This document shows, piece after piece, positions 9,451 through 19,869 of a stretch of DNA of 64,000 bases (the stretch's first letter is position 1; every line of letters starts with the position of its first letter). The stretch is from an uncultured Gemmataceae bacterium (GTDB taxonomy: Bacteria > Planctomycetota > Planctomycetia > Gemmatales > Gemmataceae), in assembly GCA_963750165.1 (NCBI GenBank), contig CAVVPN010000011.1:1312001-1376000 (forward strand). Reading direction: 5' to 3'. The position numbers were made by a program, and so were the translations under genes. The notes beneath the pieces are model-generated. The model searched no databases. It was given only the letters and a program-made list of their open reading frames with translations, and was not told the origin of the DNA.

Positions 9451-12400
9451 GAGTGTTCCTCCGGGAAAAGCGGCCCGGCGTTGGTCGCCAGGGCCAACCG
9501 ATTGTTTGAGGTTGAGGCCACGTGCGTTTCGGCGGCCGAGTCGTCGTCGGTCTGCTCCGGCTTCGGCGCCTTGCGGCGAAGCAAGCTGTACATCACAGGC
9601 ACGAAGAACAGCGTGAAGACGGTTGCCACGAGCAGGCCGCCGATGACCGCCCGGCCCAGCGGCGCGTTCTGTTCGCCGCCCTCGCCCAGGCCCAGCGACA
9701 TCGGCAACATGCCGACGATCATCGCCAGGGCCGTCATCACCACCGGCCGCAGCCGCGTCGTGCCGGCCGACAGTGCGGCGCTGAGGGCGTTGTGGCCTTC
9801 CTTGCGCTGGTCGTTGGCGAAGGTGATGAGCAGGATACTGTTGGACGTGGCCACGCCGATGCACATGATCGCGCCCATCAGGGCCGGCACGCTCACCGTC
9901 GTCCGCGTCGTGTACAGCATCCACACGATGCCGGCCAGCGCCCCGGGCAGCGCCGTCAGGATGATGAACGGATCCAGCCACGACTGGAAGTTCACGACCA
10001 TCAGCAGATAGACCAGCAGCACGGCGAAGCCAAGGCCCGCCGCCAGACCGGTGAACGAGCTGTTCATGCTCTCCACCTGGCCACGGATGGCGATGGTGCT
10101 GCCGCGCGGCAACTCCGGTCGCAGCTCGTCCACGACGCGCTGCACATCGGCGGACACGCTGCCCAGGTCGCGACCCTGCACGCTGGCGTAGACCTCGAAC
10201 ACGGGCTGCACGTTGTAATGGTTCACCACCGTCTCCGAGGTGGCCCGGCGCACGTTCACCAGGTTGGCCAGCAGCTGCGGCGACTGCGTCTGTGTCTGGC
10301 CCTTGATGACCGGCGTGTTCAGCAGCGTTTCCAACGAGTCGATCTTGTTCGGCGGCGTCTGGACCGCGAGGACGTAGTTGACGCGGTTGACCGGGTTGAC
10401 CCAGTAGTTGGGCGCCACCTGATTCGTGGAACTCAGCGACACCAGCACGGTGTTGGTCACGTCCTGCTGCGTCAGCCCCGACTGCGCGGCCTGGATGCGG
10501 TCCACGTCGATCCGCAGGTCCGGGGCGTCGGTGATCTGGTGAATGTGTACGTCCGCGATGCCGGGGATTTTGGCGATCTCACGCTTCAGCTTCTTCGCCA
10601 CCTCCAGGTTGCCGACGCGGTTGACGCCGACCACCTGCACGTTGATCGGCGCCGGCAGGCCGAAGTTCAGAATCTGGCTGGTGATGTCCGCCGGCTGGAA
10701 GAAGAACGTGCAGTCCGGGAAGCGCTTCGGCAGTTCCTCGCGCAGCCGGGCGACGTACTCCGCGGTGGGCCGATGATGGTGCTTCAGCGCGACCAGGATT
10801 TCGCCGTCGCCGTTGCTGACGGTGCCATTGTCGATGAAGGCCCGCGTCGTGAACGATGGCGTCAAGCCCATGTTATCCAGGATCAGTTCGCGCTCGTCCT
10901 CCGGCACGATCTCGCGGATCACGTCCTCCACCTGGCCGAAGATGCGTTCCGTTTCCTCGATGCGCGTGCCGGACGGGGCACGGACGTGCAGCCGAAACTG
11001 GCCCGCGTCCACCTCCGGGAAGAAGTCCTGGCCGAGCCGCGGTGCCAGCGCCAGCGAGCCGAACGCGAACAGCAGCAGCGCTACCACGCTCACGGCACGG
11101 TGCGCCAGCGCCCAGTCCAGCAACATTTGATAAACGCTCTGCAACTTCTCGAACTGGCGGTTGAACGCCTGGTGAAAGCGCCAGATGGGGCCGCCGCCCG
11201 TTCCGCCGCCGTGCTCGCCGTGGGCGTACAGCGCGACTTCCTTCGGCAGCAGGTAGAGCACCATCGTCGGCACCAGCGTGCGCGACAGCAGATAGGACGC
11301 CAGCATGGCGAAGACCACCGCCAGGGCCAGCGGGTAGAACAGCGACGCGGCCGGCCCCGTCAGGAACACGACCGGCACAAAGACAATACAGATCGCCAGT
11401 GTCGAGACGAACGCCGGCGTCGCGATCTGCTGGGCCCCGTCGAGGATGGCCCGGCGGAGCGGTTTCTGCATACCGAGGTTGCGATGAATGTTCTCGATCT
11501 CCACCGTGGCATCGTCCACGAGGATGCCGACCGCCAGGGCCATGCCGCCCAGTGTCATGCTGTTGAGCGTCTGGCCCAGCGCCCAGAGCGCGACGACCGA
11601 GGTCAGGATCGACAGCGGGATCGAGATGGCGACGATCAGAGTGCTGCGCCACGAGCCGAGGAACAGCAGGATCATCAGCGCCGTCAGCCCCGCCGCGATG
11701 GCGCCTTCCTTGAGCACGCCTTCCACGGCGGCCCGCACAAAGACGGACTGGTCAAACAGCAATTCCATCTTCAACTCGGGCGGCAGCTGGGCCTGAATGC
11801 CGGGCAGCGCCGCGCGGACACGATTGACGACGCTCAACGTCGAGGCGCCTTCGCTCTTGAGGATGGTCATGAGGACGGCCCGGCGGCCGTCGCGGCGGAC
11901 GACGTTGGTCTGCACCAGGTAGCCCTCGCGGACCTGGGCCACGTCCTTGATGTAGACCGGCACGCCATTGACCGTCTTGATGGGGATCTCGTTGAGGGCG
12001 GCCGACAGCTCCGGACTGCTGTTGAGCTTGACGATGTACTCGGTCGAGCCCATCTTGGCGGTGCCGGCCGGCACGATCAGATTCTGCGAGTTGATCGCGG
12101 TGCTCACGTCGGCGGGCGAGAGGCCACGGCCGTACAATTCGTCGGGCTCGATGTCGATCATGACCTGCGGCCACTTACCGCCCCAGGGCTGCGGCACGCG
12201 CGCGCCTTGCACCGTCCCGAGGCGCTGGATGATGAAGTTGGAGGCGTAGTCGTAAATCTGCTCTTCGCTCAGGGTGTCGCTGCTGACGGCGATCTGCACG
12301 ATGGGCACACTGGTGGCGCTGTACTGGACGATGTACGGCGGGTTGATGCCGGGCGGCATGATCTTGAGGATGGCCTGGCTGGTCGCGGTGACCTGGGCGA

Positions 12401-12716
12401 CGGCCGCCTCGATCTTCGCGTTCTGGTGGAAGTAAATGCGGATGACGCCGACGCCCTGGAGCGACTGGCTCTCAATGTGCTCGATGTCGTTGACGGAGGC
12501 GGTCAGCACGCGCTCGTTGATGAGGATGATGCGCTTCTCGATCTCGTCGGCCGGCATGCCCGAGTACTGCCACACGACCGTGACGACGGGGATGTTCACC
12601 TCGGGGAAGATGTCCGTGGACATGCGGTTGACAGCCACGACGCTGACGGCGGCGATCAGCAGCGCCATCACGACGAAGGTGTAAGTGCGGCGCAGGGCCA
12701 GTTTGACGATCCACAC
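9447..12716 (-). CDS. RND efflux transporter permease (AcrB/AcrD/AcrF family)
   Basis: VWIVKLALRR start; GILVDDATVEIENI and RLRPVVMTALA motifs; about 1090 aa. Confidence 0.95.
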   Translation of the reverse strand: MWIVKLALRRTYTFVVMALLIAAVSVVAVNRMSTDIFPEVNIPVVTVVWQYSGMPADEIEKRIILINERVLTASVNDIEHIESQSLQGVGVIRIYFHQNAKIEAAVAQVTATSQAILKIMPPGINPPYIVQYSATSVPIVQIAVSSDTLSEEQIYDYASNFIIQRLGTVQGARVPQPWGGKWPQVMIDIEPDELYGRGLSPADVSTAINSQNLIVPAGTAKMGSTEYIVKLNSSPELSAALNEIPIKTVNGVPVYIKDVAQVREGYLVQTNVVRRDGRRAVLMTILKSEGASTLSVVNRVRAALPGIQAQLPPELKMELLFDQSVFVRAAVEGVLKEGAIAAGLTALMILLFLGSWRSTLIVAISIPLSILTSVVALWALGQTLNSMTLGGMALAVGILVDDATVEIENIHRNLGMQKPLRRAILDGAQQIATPAFVSTLAICIVFVPVVFLTGPAASLFYPLALAVVFAMLASYLLSRTLVPTMVLYLLPKEVALYAHGEHGGGTGGGPIWRFHQAFNRQFEKLQSVYQMLLDWALAHRAVSVVALLLFAFGSLALAPRLGQDFFPEVDAGQFRLHVRAPSGTRIEETERIFGQVEDVIREIVPEDERELILDNMGLTPSFTTRAFIDNGTVSNGDGEILVALKHHHRPTAEYVARLREELPKRFPDCTFFFQPADITSQILNFGLPAPINVQVVGVNRVGNLEVAKKLKREIAKIPGIADVHIHQITDAPDLRIDVDRIQAAQSGLTQQDVTNTVLVSLSSTNQVAPNYWVNPVNRVNYVLAVQTPPNKIDSLETLLNTPVIKGQTQTQSPQLLANLVNVRRATSETVVNHYNVQPVFEVYASVQGRDLGSVSADVQRVVDELRPELPRGSTIAIRGQVESMNSSFTGLAAGLGFAVLLVYLLMVVNFQSWLDPFIILTALPGALAGIVWMLYTTRTTVSVPALMGAIMCIGVATSNSILLITFANDQRKEGHNALSAALSAGTTRLRPVVMTALAMIVGMLPMSLGLGEGGEQNAPLGRAVIGGLLVATVFTLFFVPVMYSLLRRKAPKPEQTDDDSAAETHVASTSNNRLALATNAGPLFPEEHS

Positions 12717-12769
12717 GACTACATCCCCCCTTAGCACCGGTCGGGCCTGTCGGGCGACGCCGGCATAAA

Positions 12770-12786
12770 AGCAAGAGGTGTACCAG
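12770..12786 (-). promoter_or_regulatory. sigma54 (-24/-12) promoter of the RND operon
   Basis: Minus strand reads CTGGTACACCTCTTGCT, i.e. GG-N10-GC with TTGC, about 55 bp upstream of the permease start. Confidence 0.75.
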
Positions 12787-12797
12787 AAGGGAATGGA

Positions 12798-12810
12798 TAA
12801 ATAGTTGATG
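12798..12810 (-). promoter_or_regulatory. IHF-like site
   Basis: CATCAACTATTTA versus consensus WATCAANNNNTTR, in an AT-rich patch just upstream of the sigma54 box. Confidence 0.55.
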
Positions 12811-13014
12811 TAGTAAGTAATGATTGAGGCGTGGGTTGCGGATGGTTGTGCGCAGAGGAATCGGGAACGGTCGGGAGTGTCCAAGGGAATGCGGTCAACG
12901 CGTTGGACGGGGTCGGCCCGTTGACCCTGGCTGGGCACAGGGGAACTAACTTGACCCAAAATTCGCGCTATGATAAGGAATAAAACCGGACGCAGGGTCC
13001 GGAGGTTCTTGCCG

Positions 13015-13374
13015 GTGAGTTCCACCACAGCCCCACCGCCTGTATTGATTTACGAAGCAGAACGGATTGCCGGACCGGACGGAGCCGTCGAAAGAGGTAG
13101 CATTCCTATAGACGAGGATGAGGCCATCGTCCGGCTGAAAGGAGGGGGTGACGTCGTCGTCTGCTCCGAGGAGCGACGGGCAAACCGCAACAAGGCTCGG
13201 GAGATGATCGTGGCGGCGTTCGGTGATTTTGAGGAGGATGCACCCCACAATGGAAGGATGGCCCTCCCTCACTTTCACCCGGCCAGCCGCACCCCTGAAG
13301 TCCATGCCTTCTTTGAAGCGCCGCCCAGCGCGCGAAGAAAAAGAGGAAGAAGAAATGAAGTACTTCAAGCCTGA
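13015..13374 (+). CDS. Hypothetical protein with a His-rich C-terminal motif
   Basis: ORF 12970-13374, likely GTG start near 13015; APHNGRMALPHFHP..VHAFF; overlaps the next gene. Confidence 0.5.
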   Translation: MSSTTAPPPVLIYEAERIAGPDGAVERGSIPIDEDEAIVRLKGGGDVVVCSEERRANRNKAREMIVAAFGDFEEDAPHNGRMALPHFHPASRTPEVHAFFEAPPSARRKRGRRNEVLQA

Positions 13375-13897
13375 ACTGCTTGCCCGATATCGCTCCTCCG
13401 ACGACCGCGTGGCGGAGGCCGCGGCAACCGAATGGGAAGAGGCCCTCGCCGCCTATCAGGCCCGGTTCAAGAGTATCCGTGGCAAGTTGCCGGTTGGGGT
13501 TCGCCGTTTTTCGAAGGTGTCTTTGCACGACGCCAGGTATCTCGGTGCAGCCCTGGATAAGCAGCAGCCGCTCTATGGTCTTCTGCTCCAGCTGGAAGGC
13601 TTGCCGGGGCAGTCTGCGGAAGTGCTTGAATTGAAATATCAGCCGGTTCCGGGACCAAACGGCGGGATTCACATCATGATGCACACTTCCTCCGAGAGGA
13701 AACCGCGCAAGGGAGTTTGGCTCCTGTACGATGAGTTCGACCTTGACGAAGCGCAGGATTTTTTCACTCACACACTCCTGCTGACGGGCGGCTGGGAAAT
13801 CGAAATCCGCTTCCTGAATTTCTCGATTCGCAGGCTCACGCCGACTGAACTGGCTGAAGGAAAGGTGACGTGGCCATCCGCCGAGTCCGTCGCATGA
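13355..13897 (+). CDS. Hypothetical protein, DUF4085-like
   Basis: ATG at 13355 after a purine-rich RBS; MKYF start, SLHDA and WLLYDEF motifs recall DUF4085 (from memory, not searched). Confidence 0.55.
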   Translation: MKYFKPELLARYRSSDDRVAEAAATEWEEALAAYQARFKSIRGKLPVGVRRFSKVSLHDARYLGAALDKQQPLYGLLLQLEGLPGQSAEVLELKYQPVPGPNGGIHIMMHTSSERKPRKGVWLLYDEFDLDEAQDFFTHTLLLTGGWEIEIRFLNFSIRRLTPTELAEGKVTWPSAESVA

Positions 13898-14079
13898 GCC
13901 AGGTCAGCCCGGCCACACAATGCCGAGTTTCTCCTCCTTCTCCGACAGCGTCGAGTGCTTCATGCCCAGCCGGGCCGCGGCGAAACAAAGGGGACACGGT
14001 TGCGTCACCTTTGTCGGCCGACCCAGGAACCCTGCGGCTGTCACTCCCCGCAGGCGCGGGGCGGCCGCGCCTGGAACGG

Positions 14080-15648
<1,569 letters not shown>

Positions 15649-15694
15649 ACGACCGTCATCCCGTGCGGGCGCACTTGCCTGTGCGGTAATTGTA

Positions 15695-15826
15695 CGGAGC
15701 CCGCAGCGCCAGCAAGGGATGACCCTTGGGAGGCGCCGAACAACAACTTCGTAGGACGGCTCTGGAGAGCCGTCCTACTCTTGGAAGTTGTTGTTCGGCG
15801 CCTCCTTGCTGGCGCTGCGGGCTCCG
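15695..15826. repeat. Nested triple palindrome (REP-like)
   Basis: Outer arms 15695-15717/15804-15826, middle arms 15729-15750/15784-15805, inner GTAGGACGGCTCT-GG-AGAGCCGTCCTAC. Confidence 0.8.
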
Positions 15827-15848
15827 AAATCAGCAACACACTCCGGTC

Positions 15849-16700
15849 TCAGCCCGCCTTGGGTGGCACCGGGGGTGCCTGCTTGAGCGGCGGCGGTGGC
15901 ACCGCCACGCCCGGCCTGGCGCCGCCGATGCCGCCGATGCCGCCGCCGAAGCCACCCATGCCGCCGATGAACGGCATGGTGTAGACCTGCGGGTAGTTCT
16001 GGTTATTCCGCTGCAGATCGTTGTTCTCCTTGCGAATCTCCGCGGCCCGCTTGGCATCGGTGACGAACGTCACGTTGCCGACCTGCACCGCCTTCAGGTC
16101 CGCCAGTTCCGTCAGCAGCCGCACTGCTGTCTCCAGCGTCGCGTCCTGCAGCGCCAGCGTCACGCCCTGGGCCCTGGCCACCTGCCGCTGCCGTGGGTCG
16201 ATGAGCAGGGTGATGCCCGTCTCGGCGGCCAGATCCTTCAGCGCCGCGTCCAGCGCCTTGTCCTTCACGTCCACGTTGACGCGCTGCCGCATCTGCCGCG
16301 CGTAGGCATTGCTCTCGCTGGTGATGAACACGCCATCGTTCAGCAGGATGTAGGTGAGGTGGTGCGGGCTGAGCATCTTTTGCAGGGTGGTGCGCACCGG
16401 GCCATTGTCGCTCTTGAGGTGGACCTGCATCGGGATGTTGTCGAGTTGCAGGCCGAACCCCGGGAAGGCGTTCGGGTCCAGCGTGATGGGCAGCTTGGTT
16501 TTCTGCCGCAGGTGCTCGATGCCGTCGTTGAAGTTCTGGCTGGTGAAGTCGAAGGTGACTTTCTGGTTGAGCCCTTCGCGGAGCTTGCGGATCTTGTCCG
16601 CGGCGGTGGGCTCTTGCTTGCCGCCCTGGGCGGCGGCGGTCAGCGTCACGGTGCCGCACAGCAGCGCGGCGGCCAGGACGCGCACGGTCAGGGAACGCAT
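15849..16700 (-). CDS. Secreted hypothetical protein with STN/secretin-N-like repeats
   Basis: Signal peptide; two units of the type LNQKVTFDF...LPITLDP and MRQRVNVDV..GITLLIDP; Gly/Pro-rich tail. Confidence 0.6.
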   Translation of the reverse strand: MRSLTVRVLAAALLCGTVTLTAAAQGGKQEPTAADKIRKLREGLNQKVTFDFTSQNFNDGIEHLRQKTKLPITLDPNAFPGFGLQLDNIPMQVHLKSDNGPVRTTLQKMLSPHHLTYILLNDGVFITSESNAYARQMRQRVNVDVKDKALDAALKDLAAETGITLLIDPRQRQVARAQGVTLALQDATLETAVRLLTELADLKAVQVGNVTFVTDAKRAAEIRKENNDLQRNNQNYPQVYTMPFIGGMGGFGGGIGGIGGARPGVAVPPPPLKQAPPVPPKAG

Positions 16701-16884
16701 CAGGGATACTCCTTGCAAAGATGGGGGCGGAAACGAGTCTCGGCCATTCTACCCCTCAGACGCGGTGCGGCCGGGAAAAGTTTGCCGGGGACCAGGCTCA
16801 TTCGGCAGCGGCGAGGTCCAGTTCCACCAGTCGCGCCCCCGCATCGAGCCGGCGTTGCAGCCCGTTTTTCAATTGCTCCAGTGC

Positions 16885-17526
16885 TCAGGGGCCGCCGCGT
16901 TCCCGAAAGGTGTCATCATCCTCGCGTGTCCAGCCGCGCGGCGGCAATCGATACGGGTTGTCGTCCCGATCGCGCCGGCGATACTCGTCATCTCGATCCC
17001 GCCGGCGATACTCCTTGACGGCATCGACAAAATCGCGGGAGACGTTGACCAGGGTGATGTCGTACTCGGTGATTTCCGTGGTGCGAATGCCCGTGTGCTG
17101 AAAGATCGCGACGGCGATCAGCCAGGCGAGGCCGATGACCACGCTGCCGACACAGAGCAGTCCGCCGAGTGGGTTCGCCCCGGACGGTCGAGCGCCAGGC
17201 CGGTTGTCCAGGGCCGCCAGCACCACGCCGGACACGACGCCGAGCAGAACACAGACGATCAGTCCGCCCCAGAGAAACCAGTTGCGCATGGCCCAGTGGT
17301 TGCGGTGGTCGTCACACAGCGGCGCGTGGACGGTCAGGCGGCGGGTCATGATCGCGGCCACGATGATGTAGGGCAGCAGCCCCGCCAGGATGAGGATGCC
17401 CACCCAGGACGGACACCAGGAAAAGGTCTGAGTCCGTTCGACCGTCGCGGTCGCCCCGCATTTCAAGCACAGTTGCGGCAAGTAGCCGTCGGTCGCCTCA
17501 TCGCGGTCCAAACGCACGGTAGCCAT
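16885..17526 (-). CDS. Hypothetical membrane protein
   Basis: LPQLCLKCG...PLCDDHRNHW (Cys/His), three TM segments, Arg/Asp-rich tail. Confidence 0.7.
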   Translation of the reverse strand: MATVRLDRDEATDGYLPQLCLKCGATATVERTQTFSWCPSWVGILILAGLLPYIIVAAIMTRRLTVHAPLCDDHRNHWAMRNWFLWGGLIVCVLLGVVSGVVLAALDNRPGARPSGANPLGGLLCVGSVVIGLAWLIAVAIFQHTGIRTTEITEYDITLVNVSRDFVDAVKEYRRRDRDDEYRRRDRDDNPYRLPPRGWTREDDDTFRERGGP

Positions 17527-17655
17527 GGACACTCCCAAAGCGCGAAATGGTTGCCGAGTGTGATCGGTTGCAAATAGTTATACTCCGTCCGGTTGGGTCT
17601 GGCACTTGCAGAGGGGCCATTCCGCGGGCGCCAACGCAGCGGGGTGCGGGCCAGG

Positions 17656-17714
17656 GGCGCCGCATCTCGACGTATGAAAAAGTTGGCGTTCTTGGCGTTC
17701 TTGGCGTCCTTGCT
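17656..17714 (+). repeat. 59-bp dispersed repeat, copy 1
   Basis: GGCGCCGCATCTCGACGTATGAAAAAGTTGGCGTTCTTGGCGTTCTTGGCGTCCTTGCT; identical to 47072-47130. Confidence 0.9.
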
Positions 17715-17789
17715 CTGACAACCGCTGGCCAACGAAGCCAGCCGAGGCCATGTGTGAACAGCGCCAGTCCGCAAGCAAACGAGACAGCC

Positions 17790-19826
17790 ATGACCTTGCC
17801 GCCGCGTCCGGTTCACCTGGAACATTGCACCTCCGAGCCGCTGCACTTCTTCGGCCGCGCCGCCGAGCTGGCCCTGCTCGACGCCGCGCTGACCGGCGGC
17901 ACGGCGAGCGTCGTCGCCTTCATCGGCCCCGGCGGCCAGGGCAAGACCGCCATTATCCAGCACTGGCTGCGGCCGTTCGTCAGCGGCGACCGTCGTGCCG
18001 ATGGCGTCTTCCTCTGGAGCTTCTACCGCGGCAAGGACGCGGACGTTTGCCTGCGGCAGCTGTACGGCTACGCGGAGGGCGTCGGCGGTGCGCCGGAGGT
18101 GTCGGCCAGTTACTGTGTCGATCACCTGCTGCCCCGGCTGCGGCGCGAGCGCTGGGTGCTGGTGCTCGATGGCGCCGAGGTGGTGCAGCACGACGCCGGG
18201 CCGTGGTTTGGCCGCTTCGTCCATCCCGAACTGGGCCGGCTGGTCGAGGAACTGGCGTCGGCACCGCTGCCGGGCGTCGTCGTGCTCACGAGCCGCTTCC
18301 CCTTCCCGACGGTCGAAGGCCGCCGCCACGCCGTCGCCGTCCACCTCGCCGGCCTTGACGCCGCCAGCGCCCGCGCCCTGCTGGAGAGCGTTGGCGTTCA
18401 CGGCCCGGCGACGGACCTGGAGGCGGCCGCGGCGTCCTGTGGCTGGCACGCCAAGGCGGTCGAGCTGCTGGGCACGTACCTGACGCGCTTCCACGGCGGT
18501 GCGGTCGCGGCGCAGCGCGCGGTGCCGCCGGCGCCGCCAATGGAGGGGGCGTCCGACGAGGAGCAACAGGTGCTGCGCGTGCTACGGGCGCTGCACGCCG
18601 CGCTGAGCGCCGAGGAGAAGGATGTCGTCGCCCTGACGACGGCGTTCCGACAACCGCCCGGCGAGGAACAACTGCTGGCGTACCTGGCCAGCGCCCCGCT
18701 GCAAGCGATGCTGCAACAGCACTGGCGGCGAACGTACCCGCCGTTCGACCGTCGCCCGTCCGGCTGGCTGGCGGCGCAGGTGGACGGCCTGGTGGCACTG
18801 CGGCTGCTGGAGCGCGTCGGCCAGGGCGGCGGCGTGGTCATTGACGCGCACCCGCTGGTGCGGCGCGGTTTCGAGCACCTGCTGGGGCCGGCCGGTCAGC
18901 GCCAGAGCGCCCAGGCCCGCGCCGGCTTCCTGCGCGGCCGTCCCGACCGCCGGCCCCCCGCCACGCTGGAGCAGGCACGCGAGGAGGTCGAACTGTTTCA
19001 CGCTTACTGCGACGCCGGGCTGTGGAACGAGGCCGACAGCGTCTTCGTCGCGCTCGACAATCCCAAGCACCGCTTCCTGGCGCCGGTGTTCGAGCGCGAC
19101 CTGTTGTTGCGCTTCTTCCCCGGCGGCGACTGGCGCGAGCCGCCGTTGTGGCCGGGCTTCGGCCGCTATCGGAGTCTGGCAATCAGCATGGAACTCATGG
19201 GCGACTATGAGGCGGCGCTGGGCCTGTACCGCGGCGACGACGCGGCGCTGCGCGGCGACGCCTTGATCGCGCTGGGCCGCTTGCAGCCGCTGCTGGAACA
19301 GACGCAGGTGACGCCGCCGTGGCAATCGTTGTGGCAGGCGTACCGGGCGCACGCGCTGTGCCTGGCGGGGCGCACGGCCGAGGCGGTGGCGCTGGCGCGG
19401 ACGCTGGTTCCCGTGGACGTGTATGAATGGGTTCATGTGTTCGAGTGTCTGCTACGTGCCGGGCAGCTGGCGGCGCTGGATTTGCGCAGCGTGCTGTATC
19501 GGCCGCCGCTGGCCAACGAGCACCGCTGGAGTAGTTTGGCCCGGCAGCGGATGCAGGCGGATTTTGTGCGCCTGACCGACCCGGTCGCGGCGGCACAGTT
19601 GGGGCCGACGTTCGCGGAGTTGCTGGAGGCGTATGACCGCGGCGGGCTGCCGTACGAGCGGGCGCTGGTGCGGCTGAGTTACAGCCGCTGGCTGCTGACG
19701 CGCGGCGCGACGGAGCAGGCAAGGAGTGTCAACGCGCTGACACGGGAGCTGGCGGAGCGGCACGGTATGCGCATCGTCGCTGCGGACGCGCAAGCGCTGC
19801 ACGACGGCGGCAACGGCCGGCCGTGA
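17790..19826 (+). CDS. STAND-like P-loop NTPase with helical/TPR-like C-terminus
   Basis: FFGRAAEL, Walker A GPGGQGKT, Walker B VLVLDGAE, VVLTSR, HPLVR. Confidence 0.75.
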   Translation: MTLPPRPVHLEHCTSEPLHFFGRAAELALLDAALTGGTASVVAFIGPGGQGKTAIIQHWLRPFVSGDRRADGVFLWSFYRGKDADVCLRQLYGYAEGVGGAPEVSASYCVDHLLPRLRRERWVLVLDGAEVVQHDAGPWFGRFVHPELGRLVEELASAPLPGVVVLTSRFPFPTVEGRRHAVAVHLAGLDAASARALLESVGVHGPATDLEAAAASCGWHAKAVELLGTYLTRFHGGAVAAQRAVPPAPPMEGASDEEQQVLRVLRALHAALSAEEKDVVALTTAFRQPPGEEQLLAYLASAPLQAMLQQHWRRTYPPFDRRPSGWLAAQVDGLVALRLLERVGQGGGVVIDAHPLVRRGFEHLLGPAGQRQSAQARAGFLRGRPDRRPPATLEQAREEVELFHAYCDAGLWNEADSVFVALDNPKHRFLAPVFERDLLLRFFPGGDWREPPLWPGFGRYRSLAISMELMGDYEAALGLYRGDDAALRGDALIALGRLQPLLEQTQVTPPWQSLWQAYRAHALCLAGRTAEAVALARTLVPVDVYEWVHVFECLLRAGQLAALDLRSVLYRPPLANEHRWSSLARQRMQADFVRLTDPVAAAQLGPTFAELLEAYDRGGLPYERALVRLSYSRWLLTRGATEQARSVNALTRELAERHGMRIVAADAQALHDGGNGRP

Positions 19827-19869
19827 GCCCCGTCGATTCACTCCTGCGCGAACCTGCTTTTCGGCCCGA

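Noticed and set aside
9522..12734. Long antisense ORFs (9522-12734, 50159-52357, 52237-54315 and similar)
   Set aside because: Shadow frames of real high-GC genes on the opposite strand; no recognisable motifs.
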